From NCBI GenBank assembly GCA_029258835.1, contig JAPDJY010000016.1, forward strand, positions 1-18,944: a stretch of DNA of 18,944 nt, written 5' to 3'. Positions within the stretch are counted from its first letter, which is position 1. Each line of letters opens with the position of its first letter. Shown here one piece after another: positions 7,441 through 16,119 of this stretch. The translations under genes were made by a program, and so were the position numbers. Source of the DNA: Thermoproteota archaeon (lineage in GTDB: Archaea > Asgardarchaeota > Jordiarchaeia > Jordiarchaeales > Freyrarchaeaceae). Under the pieces are notes generated by a model. That model did no database searches, was not told the origin of the DNA, and saw nothing but the letters and a program-made list of their open reading frames with translations.

Positions 7441-8814
7441 TTACCTCCATGGCCAGTGTTCGAACCCTTCGTATGCTAGCAGGTAGAAGATTAATACCGT
7501 TAAGATCCAAGCAAACATCACAGCACTTCCTACGAGCTCAGCTACCCCTTCGAAGTATAAGGCGTACACTATGGCGTTCCATATGGCGCCTGTGGAGCCG
7601 AACATCAGCCCTATTCCAAGGTAGAACATGTAGAGTGTTTCGAGCCCGCTCACCGGTAGCAGTAAATTGGCTCCTGTGAACGGGATGGCTAACGCCGGGT
7701 TCACCAAGAAAATGTAGAACAGACCTGTCCCGATCAGGAACGAGACCACGACGAAGGCTATGCTACCCTTTATGCCCCACCTTGACCATGGCCACATTCC
7801 GAAGGTTAGCTGTCCTGCAAGCAGGGTTACTAACGGGAAGGCCACGTACGCGGCGATGTTTCCATGGTTCATACACGGGAACGTGAACAGGAATGGTACT
7901 TCTCCTGGAATCAGCACGGTCTGCAGCGAAGGACCTATTATTGCGGAGAGTATCCCCCATAGGGCGACCCCGATGATGACCGCCAGCGTGAGGTTTACTA
8001 TTCCTCTCTTAGGCTGAGGCATGTTCGGGAACGGAGCGACCACGCCCATGATCGCTCCCCCGACGATTATGCTTAACAGCAAGGAGTTGTAGAAGTCATA
8101 CGGCTCGGTTGGTGTTAGCGTTATCATGGGTACGCCGAAGAGGTACTGTGCCCAAGCGGTCCCAACAGGGTTTGACCAGAGAAGGTAGGTTACTATGCCA
8201 CGTATCACGAAGGCAAGCACCCAAGATATTGAAGCGTATACTGCCCCTCTAACCACGGGGTGCGTCTCCGGCCTCTTTGGGATGAAGGGCCAGTAGGTGA
8301 ACAGTGAAGCCCACAGGGGGAATACTAGGAAGGCGCAAGTGCCAAGGATGATCATCTCGTAGCCCTTCCAGTGAAGTATGATTGCCAGAATGTACCAGGT
8401 TATGAATGCTAAGATCATTGATAATGCCATCACTATGATCCCGTACCAGGGCTGCTTTATCCTCGGAGGCGTGAACGGCCTCGCCAGCAGCCCTATGGTG
8501 ACGAACCATGCGATGCAGAAGATGAAGTATGGAACCCAGTCGACGATGTAGCCGAGGGGGTACAGCTCCATGTTCATAGCGTTACTAAGCGATAGGACTA
8601 AGCCCATTTCAGGGGCTCCCACCGCCATGCCAAGCATCGTGGCGATAAACGCGTTCATTCGAACCATCTTGGTGGCGAGTCCCCAGACCGGGTGGATGAA
8701 AATGTATAGTGTAATGTATGCTAGGATGAAGATTGTGAAGAATGACAGGAACCCCTCCCAAGGCTGCTTGAACTTTGGTGCAGCCTCTGCCTCCTGACCT
8801 GCTACCTCTGTCAT
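7441..8814 (-). CDS. Multi-pass membrane protein, putative amine/amino-acid transporter built from (W)PF..KQP..G repeats
   Basis: 457 aa with about 11-12 hydrophobic segments; recurring motifs KQPWEG, RPF..KQPWYG, WPF..HPVVRG, APF..PQPKRG, WPW..WGIKG and FEHWPW; RBS GGAGGT. The transporter role is inference. Confidence 0.85.
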   Translation of the reverse strand: MTEVAGQEAEAAPKFKQPWEGFLSFFTIFILAYITLYIFIHPVWGLATKMVRMNAFIATMLGMAVGAPEMGLVLSLSNAMNMELYPLGYIVDWVPYFIFCIAWFVTIGLLARPFTPPRIKQPWYGIIVMALSMILAFITWYILAIILHWKGYEMIILGTCAFLVFPLWASLFTYWPFIPKRPETHPVVRGAVYASISWVLAFVIRGIVTYLLWSNPVGTAWAQYLFGVPMITLTPTEPYDFYNSLLLSIIVGGAIMGVVAPFPNMPQPKRGIVNLTLAVIIGVALWGILSAIIGPSLQTVLIPGEVPFLFTFPCMNHGNIAAYVAFPLVTLLAGQLTFGMWPWSRWGIKGSIAFVVVSFLIGTGLFYIFLVNPALAIPFTGANLLLPVSGLETLYMFYLGIGLMFGSTGAIWNAIVYALYFEGVAELVGSAVMFAWILTVLIFYLLAYEGFEHWPWR

Positions 8815-9038
8815 CCATCCTCAACCTCCCATCTAAACCCCTTTCTGGAACTTTTTAAAAGATGCTATACAATCTTTTACTATATAACTTTTTTTTCCTC
8901 GTTTAATCTTGGGAAAAAATAGTGTAATGGCAAACGGTTTATTTGATATGAAATGGAATAGCACTGGTGGGCTGGCGGTGTCAGCAATTTTTCCCTCATC
9001 TTTTCCATCAAAAAATGTGGAGGAATGTTTGACGTGGA

Positions 9039-9257
9039 TTATTGGGAGAGCTGCTCGAATATTTTTTCAGCGTCTACTCCACGAAGGCTTTGACCCCCAT
9101 CGACGCATAGGATATGCCCGGTTATCCACTCTGACTCGTCGCTTGCGAGGAAGAGAGCCGCTGCAGCCGTATCGCTTGGCTTGCCAAGCCTTCCCAGGGG
9201 GGTTTCCCTGATGAACAGTTCCTCCACTCCGGGTATTTTCAGGAATGCTTCGGTCAT
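9039..9257 (-). pseudogene. Short-chain dehydrogenase/reductase (SDR) C-terminal remnant
   Basis: [10 protein letters not shown]...[38 protein letters not shown] is the canonical SDR C-terminus. No TGxxxGxG or YxxxK is present upstream. Confidence 0.85.
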
Positions 9258-9465
9258 CACAGCCGACGACCCCGCCACCGCAGAAATACACGCAAACACG
9301 TCATCCACGTTTAAGCTTGCAGGAAAAGAGTGCCATATAAACGCCGTGCAGGTAATGACGCAGTCAAAACTCACCGTTACCGCAAAGATCACCGTGAACG
9401 GCGAAACGGTCTTCGAGAAAACCTTTGAGAAGGAGCATAGAATAAACTATCCCCCAGGCGACTAG
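9256..9465 (+). pseudogene. 3' remnant of a gene, resembling the C-terminal tail of CocE/NonD-family hydrolases
   Basis: [19 protein letters not shown]...[22 protein letters not shown] resembles the DDPxxA...VFERxW tail I recall for long CocE/NonD proteins. Codon usage is coding-like; the 5' part is absent. Confidence 0.5.
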
Positions 9466-9900
9466 CCATAGCGTTAACGTGCACCTCTTTCCCAGCCTTC
9501 AACCACAGAAGACTGCTTCCAAGGGTGCCTATTCAATGCTCAAAGCCCATTCCTTCATCCACGAATTCCAGCATCCATCCCTCTTTTTCCACCATCATCA
9601 GCCCAAAGAACATGTAAACGTAAATTAATCGAAGTTGAAAGGGCTCTTCGAAGCCGAAGAAAACGCAAGGAAACGTTAAACCAAGCTAAAAACGATAAAT
9701 CACTTAAGAGTTGAAAGGAAGGGTGAAGGCTGCACCCTCACGTTGACGCACAGCACCGCCATCCCCTTGAAAGACGCACCTCCCTAGCCGTCATCCAAGC
9801 AGTTCATTACGGCAACACGCGCCGATAAAAGGGGTTTTTGTGAGGTCAGATACAAGCCTCAACAAGGTTTAAAAAAGGAGGAAAAGGAGGAAGGAACGCG

Positions 9901-10842
9901 TTACCGCCTTCTAAGGTAGTACACGGCTACTCCAACCACAACGGCAGCCACAGCGACACCGACACCAGCCATAATCATCATGTTAGTCTGCTGCTGTTGC
10001 TGCTGCATGTTCCACAGCGTGAACAAGGTCAACATCTGGATCATCTCATGTATCGGATAGGACACGCTGTAAGACGTTAGGTTCCACGTGGTGGTGAGGG
10101 TTGCGCCAGTATAATCTTCCCTGTAAACAACGTTCTTAACCTCAGGATTATACCACATAAGCGAGTACATGGGCTGAGCCGTAAGCGCTTCAAATACATT
10201 TGTAAGGTTAACTAGCCAGCATTCGAAGGTTCCTGCCCCTGTATTAACATCGGTCACGTTAATGACCTCTCCAGTAACCGTGATGTTTGACGGGGTAGCA
10301 TTATTCCAATCGTAGGTCTCGTTTGCCCCCGTTGCACTATTCCAACTCCACCCGATGAAGTAAACCGATAAGTTCTTTCTCCAGGTTTTACCCTCCTCTA
10401 GTGGAAAGTCGAACATCTTCCAAGTATCATTGAAGTGGAGCCAACCCTTCGTTATTGTAGTAATTGTTGTGGGGGTGGTGGTATTTACTTCATAGTAAAT
10501 GTACATGGCAGTTACGTTTCCATCCATCGAATAATACGTATGCGTGATCACAGTCATGTTTACCGTCGAGCTCGTTGTTTCCACGATTGTGGTGTAGTTG
10601 TAACAGTGGTATTCTTCCGTCTCGTTGACTCCCGCCTTTATGTCTGCGGTTCCCGTGACGTTTAGCGTGGCGGTACCCGTTGCTCCACCAGACGTTACAT
10701 TGTATTTCCACGTGTCGCCCGTTGCAGGTATGTCGGCAGGCATACCGCTTATAGCAGCTGAGAACGGGGCTGAAGCGGTCACAGCCGCCAGGAGCAACGC
10801 CACGACCATTACGCCGGCGGCGAGCAGCACCCTTCTCCTCAT
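9901..10842 (-). CDS. Secreted, C-terminally membrane-anchored surface glycoprotein
   Basis: Signal peptide MRRRVLLAAGVMVVALLLAAVTASA; Thr/Asn-rich beta domain with ~15 N-x-S/T sequons and a VNTGAGTFECW motif; C-terminal Q6 run, TM helix and RRR; RBS GGAGGG; TATA-like TTATAAATTTAAA on the minus strand at ~10879-10892. Confidence 0.88.
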   Translation of the reverse strand: MRRRVLLAAGVMVVALLLAAVTASAPFSAAISGMPADIPATGDTWKYNVTSGGATGTATLNVTGTADIKAGVNETEEYHCYNYTTIVETTSSTVNMTVITHTYYSMDGNVTAMYIYYEVNTTTPTTITTITKGWLHFNDTWKMFDFPLEEGKTWRKNLSVYFIGWSWNSATGANETYDWNNATPSNITVTGEVINVTDVNTGAGTFECWLVNLTNVFEALTAQPMYSLMWYNPEVKNVVYREDYTGATLTTTWNLTSYSVSYPIHEMIQMLTLFTLWNMQQQQQQTNMMIMAGVGVAVAAVVVGVAVYYLRRR

Positions 10843-11351
10843 TTTTTAACCCTCCACACCGAAAGGGAAGTTATTCTCTTTAAATTTATAAGTGTTTTTC
10901 TGGGGCGGGTTATCGGGTTCCCCCTTCCTTGTCGGGTTCTGAAGGCGTTCTGAAGGCAGGATGGTGGGTTGCCTGTTCTGGCTGTCAAATGCTTGAACAT
11001 AAGTGTATTACTGGCGGTGTGGACGTGCGCCACTTCACCTCAGGCAGCGGCGTTAAGCTTCAAAAGCACGTACACCTGCAGGTGGCAGCGTGCACCGTAG
11101 GCTGCCGCCGCTCCCAAGCCTTCCTCCAAGGTCTCACTTAAGACCCAAGGCAGCCAGCACAGCCAACTCTCTCAAAGCTTAAGAGGATACCTCACGTAAC
11201 CGCTTTCTTGGATGAGAAATTCACCCGGAAGAATCATGATTATACTATTTTACTTTTCATTCTTGAAGTTCCCGGAGAAACCCGTTTTCAGCTTCGCTTC
11301 CCCTACTGGCGCCTCGCTCCCTCTTAGAAGGAGGAGAAAAAATGTTAAAAG

Positions 11352-13928
11352 TTAAGGGGGAGATTTCTTTCTCAGTTTGGCGGCTGCTGCGGTGATTACT
11401 ATCAGGATCACTGTGGCGGCTCCGCCGACCATGAGGTGGAAGCTGACTGAGTAGCTGACCATTAGCTGCGATAACCCCTGTAACGTTATAAGGGAGTATG
11501 CTAACTGGAGTAGCTCCTGCTGGCGTAGCTGATAGATCATGTTCATGGTCTCGTTAAGCGTGTACACTTGCACCTCGCTTTCCGACTCTTTATGTGCGGC
11601 GATGTCATCCGGGTAGAAGTAGTCCTGGTGTAGTTTATCGCTACCATAGTAGTTGAGGAGCTGGTCTGCGTAGTGCTTTGAGGATGGGCTGTTGCTTTCA
11701 CCGTATGGTAGCACGCTGAAGGAGGTGACGTTTCCGGGCTCAAGGTGGACAACCATTATGTAGGACGAGCCTCCCGTACACTTCCACTCACCCGTCTCGT
11801 TGCTAAAGGTGTACCATCTCGGGTTTAGGCAGCCGAAGGGCTCCCCGTCGGTTCCGTTTAGTCCAACCCTGTAGCTTCCCCTTTCAACGTAGTGGACGTT
11901 CGCCCAGTAGACGCTGACGTTCCCGTAAACCTCAAGCATGTAGTTCACCGTGGCGTTAAGCGTGTCGACAGCCTGCTGCTGGGTTAGGCTCCCGATGTAC
12001 TCCTCGAAGTCCCATATGCTTGCCTCCTCGCCGTAAACCTCCCTGCACTCGTCCATCAGCCTCTGCACCCACAGCTGGAATATCGTCATAGCAGTCTGGT
12101 TTGTCGCCTTCATGTCCCAAGCCTTCAACGTTGCTATCGCGTCGTTAAGCGCCTTACTTCCTCCGGAGACGCTGTCAGGCAGCTTGCCTATACAGTCCGA
12201 TGCAAGGTAGCTGACTGACACGTCAACAGCCATGCTGAGCATCTCATCCATCGTGACGCTTGAATCCGACTCCAGCATTTTGAAGAGCATGTACCCCCTG
12301 GTGTACTTGCTCATCCCCCTGTACCCTTCCCACCCCACCAGGTACCTGGGGAACGGGTTTGCCTCGTGTGTCTCCGACACGTTGTTCGGCTGCACGGTGA
12401 TGTTCCATGATGGAATGTTGCAGTTCTGCATCCACCCGCTTCCAGGGTTCTCCTGCTGCGGCAGCTCGCTGAAAGGTATTATCTCCCCCCAGTCTGTTTC
12501 CGGGGTCCACCCCGGAACCGCCGCAGTCCAGTTGTAAGTGTCGTTCCTCTCAGGGCACACCCCACTCCAAACGTAGAACGTCTCGTTGTACACGTCGGCG
12601 AACATCACGTTGAATATCGCCGTACCCTGCTTAGCCCACGCCTTCTTAAACTGGGTTAGGTTTTGAGCCGTGTCAACAAGGTACCACTGCTCGAACCCTA
12701 CAGCGTTCTTCCTCGTACTGTAGTTTACTGCTAGCGCCCAGTGATCCGTCGTGTTAATCGTCAGGAGAACGCCGTGGTGGGTGTAGTAGACGGGTATCTC
12801 CTGGTAGAGCACTCCAATCCCGCTGATCTTCATCGGCACGGTTATATCCTCCTGCTCCAGGGGGCGCCATGTCCCATTGTAGAGGTACATCGTGTTATCG
12901 TCGCTAAGCCTCTCTATCCAAACATCCCCAACGTCGATCTGGTTCACGGTCTCGGACCATGCGATGTACTCGTTGTGCCCCATCCCTATGAAGGGTAACC
13001 CGAAGAAGATGACTCCTATAACGTTTAGCTCTGGTAAGCCGTCATGGGCGGGAGCCATGAGGTGAGCCTGATACCACTGGAGGACGCCGTCCCATGGCAG
13101 GTGCGGGTTCATCCCGTACATGGGGTGCCCGGTGGCTGACCGGTCGGCGTTAACCACCCACTGGTTGCTGCCAACGTAGCCTACCGCTGGTCCAGGCGAC
13201 GAGGTGGATGACGTGCCAGCTGGCTGATACTTGCTGAGGTACCCCTCAACACCCATCAACTCTATTTCTTCTTCAGCAACTATCCACTCCTCAAGCACCC
13301 TACTTGAGAAGAGCAGGTTTATCAGCTTCCCCATCGACGCCACGTCCGTCGGCTTTACCGGCGCGTTCTCCTTTATCCATGAGGGTAGCTCGTCCCAGTG
13401 GGTGTAAATGTAGTAGTTTATCCCCGCTGTGAAGGGCTCGATCATAACCCTCCTCATGGTCTCATTTACCTTCAGGTAGTCTTCCTCGCTTGCTGGAACC
13501 CCCAGCTCTCTTAGCAGCACGTCGCTCTCAATGTTGCTCAGCGAAGGATACCACGTGTTATTATAGTTGAAGGGTCCAAACGTCTTCGACAGGCTTCCGG
13601 TAGCCGTAAGGAAGTTTAGCATTACCGTTTCTATTGCGTCTTCTGCCTGGGCGTAGCCGAAGCCGAAGAATGCAGCCTCCTGACTACTAGCATTAATATG
13701 AGGAACACCAAAGACATCCCTAACGATGGTAACGCTCTCGCCGTCCACACGGATTTGAACAGCCTTACCGGTTAAATCGTTAAAACCACGCTGCCCAGCG
13801 ACTGTAAGGGTGGCTGGGGCAGTGTAGCTGGTAAACGCCGCTTGCAGGGCTAAGCCGCCTACGCTGGCTACAAGGAGGACGCTGACGATAGCTACCAAGC
13901 ACGCCAGCTTACCATCACGCATTCCCAT
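11352..13928 (-). CDS. Penicillin acylase family (peptidase S45) Ntn-hydrolase, secreted and membrane-anchored
   Basis: IVRDVFGVPHI...FGFGYAQAED (alpha subunit); spacer, then GSNQWVV with the beta-1 catalytic Ser (codon 13167-13169); NPHLPW; QNCN. N-terminal signal peptide, many sequons, C-terminal TM helix plus KLRKK. Confidence 0.93.
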   Translation of the reverse strand: MGMRDGKLACLVAIVSVLLVASVGGLALQAAFTSYTAPATLTVAGQRGFNDLTGKAVQIRVDGESVTIVRDVFGVPHINASSQEAAFFGFGYAQAEDAIETVMLNFLTATGSLSKTFGPFNYNNTWYPSLSNIESDVLLRELGVPASEEDYLKVNETMRRVMIEPFTAGINYYIYTHWDELPSWIKENAPVKPTDVASMGKLINLLFSSRVLEEWIVAEEEIELMGVEGYLSKYQPAGTSSTSSPGPAVGYVGSNQWVVNADRSATGHPMYGMNPHLPWDGVLQWYQAHLMAPAHDGLPELNVIGVIFFGLPFIGMGHNEYIAWSETVNQIDVGDVWIERLSDDNTMYLYNGTWRPLEQEDITVPMKISGIGVLYQEIPVYYTHHGVLLTINTTDHWALAVNYSTRKNAVGFEQWYLVDTAQNLTQFKKAWAKQGTAIFNVMFADVYNETFYVWSGVCPERNDTYNWTAAVPGWTPETDWGEIIPFSELPQQENPGSGWMQNCNIPSWNITVQPNNVSETHEANPFPRYLVGWEGYRGMSKYTRGYMLFKMLESDSSVTMDEMLSMAVDVSVSYLASDCIGKLPDSVSGGSKALNDAIATLKAWDMKATNQTAMTIFQLWVQRLMDECREVYGEEASIWDFEEYIGSLTQQQAVDTLNATVNYMLEVYGNVSVYWANVHYVERGSYRVGLNGTDGEPFGCLNPRWYTFSNETGEWKCTGGSSYIMVVHLEPGNVTSFSVLPYGESNSPSSKHYADQLLNYYGSDKLHQDYFYPDDIAAHKESESEVQVYTLNETMNMIYQLRQQELLQLAYSLITLQGLSQLMVSYSVSFHLMVGGAATVILIVITAAAAKLRKKSPP

Positions 13929-13929
13929 C

Positions 13930-14183
13930 TCCTCTCTCCTTCCTCGCTTAAGAGGAATCTGATACCGCTAACACTTATTAACTTTAACTTTTTTAAAAAA
14001 CTTTCAGGTCATAAACTTAACCGAGTCCTCTTAACCTTTCCATCCCTTACCTTAAAAACTTAAATTTTAATTCCTTTTTGATTTATTTTTTAATTAAGTG
14101 GTTTTTCACAACTTTCTTCCGAGAAATGTTGGAAAAGGTAAAGGATTATTCAGTTAAAGGTTTCGGAAGGAGGTAGAGGAAGG
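13930..14183. promoter_or_regulatory. AT-rich divergent promoter region (acylase leftwards, transporter paralog rightwards)
   Basis: Very AT-rich with multiple TTTAA/TTAAAAA tracts between divergently oriented starts at 13928 and 14184. The 14138-14186 part is homologous to the upstream region of the intact paralog. Confidence 0.55.
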
Positions 14184-15759
14184 ATGGGGTTCACGCTTGA
14201 TAGGCTTTTATGGGTAAATGTGGAGATTTTGGTCTGTCAAGCGTTTCCCCATCATCGAGGCGTACGCCTCTAATGGGGCTTTCGGGGTAACCCCCGGAGC
14301 CCCACATCCGAAGACTCCACCCATAAGCCACCCCGTGGCCAAACCAGCACCCCAAACACCCACCAAATATTTAACTGCTTCGCAAGGCGAAGGAAGTGAG
14401 GAGGCAGGGGTTGCACCGAAGTTCAAGCGGCCCTGGAGGGTTTCTGTCCTTCATAACGGTTTTCATCATAACATACCTTACATTGCAGTTGTTCATCCAC
14501 CCGGTTTGGGGTCTCGTCACCAAGATGATCCGGATGAACGCCTTCACCGCGTCGATGCTTGCGATGGCAGCGGGATCCCCTGAGCTAGGCCTTCTCATGT
14601 CGATTAACAGCGCCGTATACATGGAGCCGTACCCCCTCGGCTACATCGTCGACTGGGTTCCATACTTCATCTTCTGCATCGCATGGTTCGTCACCATAGG
14701 ACTGCCGGCGAGGCCGTTCACGCCTCCGAGGATAAAGCAGCCTTGGGCCGGCATCACGGTGCTAGCCCTATCAATGATCCTAGCATTCGCAACATGGTAC
14801 ATTCTCGCAATCGCACTCCACTAGAAAGGCTACGAGATGATCATACTAGGCACCAGCGGCTTCCTGGTGTTCCCAATATGGGTCACATTGTTCAACTACT
14901 GACCCTTCATACCCAAGAAGCTAGACGTGCACCCGGTGGTTAGAGGGCCATCTACGCCTCAATATCATGGGCACTCGCCTTCGCGATACGTGGAGCAGTC
15001 ACCTACCTTCTCTGGTCAAACCCGATAGGGGCAGCCTAGGCACGGTACTTCCTTGGAATCCCCCTGCTAACGTTAATGCCCACCGAGCCATACGACTCCT
15101 ACAACTCCCTGCTACTATCCATAATCGTCGGGGCAGTAATCATGAGTGTGGTTGCACCGTTCCCGACGATGCCGTAGCCCAAGAGAGGCGCAGTAAACCT
15201 CACATTATCAATCCTGATCGGGGTAGCCTTATGGGGAATCCTCACCGTAATCCTGGCCCCATCATCCCAAACCATCATGGTCTCGGAAACGGTCTCGGGA
15301 ACGGTGCTATACCTGTTCACGTTCCCCTGCGTAAACTACGGAAACATAGTCGCATACTTAGCCTTCCCACTTGTAACCCTACTTGCAGGACAGCTAACCT
15401 TCGGAATGTGGCCATGGTCAAGATGGGCATAAAAGGAAACATAGCACTGGTAGCCGTATCATTCCTGATCGGGACAGGTCTGTTCTACATTTTCATGGTG
15501 AACCCCGGGCTAGCAGTCCCCTTCACAGGAGCCAACCTACTGCTACCGGTGAGCGGGCTCGAAACACTCTACATGTTCTACCTTGGAATAGGGCTGATGT
15601 TCGGCTCCACAGGCGCCATATGGAACGCCATGGTCTACGCCCTCTACTTCGAAGATGGCAGAACTCGTAGGGCAGTCCACACTGTTCTCCTGGATGCTAA
15701 CAACACTAATCTTCTACCTGCTAGCATACGAAGGGTTCGAACACTGGCCATGGAGGTAA
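14184..15759 (+). pseudogene. Pseudogenised inverted paralog of the 7441-8814 membrane protein
   Basis: Original start ATG 14184 (GGAGGTAGAGGAAGGATG vs GGAGGTTGAGGATGGATG in the intact copy) is separated from the body by a ~190-nt insertion. Nonsense codons at 14822, 14900, 15037 and 15175; frameshifts at ~14435, ~14946, ~15426 and ~15654. Ends FEHWPWR-TAA (15757-15759). Confidence 0.93.
14187..14376 (-). mobile_element. Non-autonomous mini-element probably derived from an IS607/IS200-IS605 tnpB 3' end (omega-RNA region)
   Basis: Absent from the paralog; removing it restores ATG-GCT-TCG-CAA (MASQGEGSEEAGVAPKFK). Minus strand 14313-14191 reads LRMWGSGGYPESP...AYQA*, like the post-RuvC tail of archaeal TnpB. 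Dense stems. Exact ends are uncertain by 1-2 nt. Confidence 0.65.
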
Positions 15760-16119
15760 ACACCCAACAACCCCCCTTTTTTAAACCCAGTTTTTAAACC
15801 CGGCATCACCCTTCACCAGCCCATCAACCGTGAATGAACGTTCACGGCGAAATGTACAAGTGTGTGTCCATGCTCCAGCCTCCCAGCTTGAGGGCGAAGC
15901 TCAGGTTAAGCGTTAAACGCTAGCTCGCATAGCTATTCGTTAACCTCCGGCATCCGGCTTGTACATACGTGATACGTGACCCCTCCGATGCCAACCCTTA
16001 AAGCCACCACTCCTCTTTCCTCATCGTCGGAGGGCGTCTTGTAGCTCGCCTACGCCCACCGCCGCCTGTTAGGTGACCCCGGTGAGGAGTGGGAAGCACC
16101 GCAACAATCAACCCTAATG

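Larger units (their letters stand above)
7364..15846. repeat. Large inverted duplication: ~7364-8880 (minus) vs ~14138-15846 (plus)
   Basis: Codon-by-codon homology of the two genes, plus homologous upstream (RBS region) and downstream (terminator, CGTGAA-N6-TTCACG) sequence. Confidence 0.95.

Noticed and set aside
9467-9500. Minus-strand AGKEVHVNAM resembling plus-strand [10 protein letters not shown] at ~9319-9348
   Set aside because: Similarity is limited to 10 codons (about 20/30 nt) and does not extend; it may be chance or an HTH remnant.
10930-11340. 11-bp tandem GTTCTGAAGGC x2, palindrome CACCTGCAGGTG and short ORFs
   Set aside because: Isolated short features with no coherent gene or RNA model.
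3209-12998. Numerous antisense or alternate-frame ORFs inside the thiolase, Fe-S, PD-(D/E)XK, transporter, glycoprotein and acylase genes
   Set aside because: Shadow ORFs of well-supported genes; no motifs or RBS.
14151-14377. Alternative reading as a TIR-type MITE (CAGTTAAA...TTTAACTG)
   Set aside because: The left 'TIR' lies in sequence homologous to the intact paralog's upstream region, only 8 bp match perfectly, and there is no target duplication.
14179-14381. Bulge-helix-bulge mRNA intron reading of the 190-nt insertion
   Set aside because: The exons can pair (GAAG/CUUC), but the required central 4-bp helix (GAUG vs UUAA) does not form.
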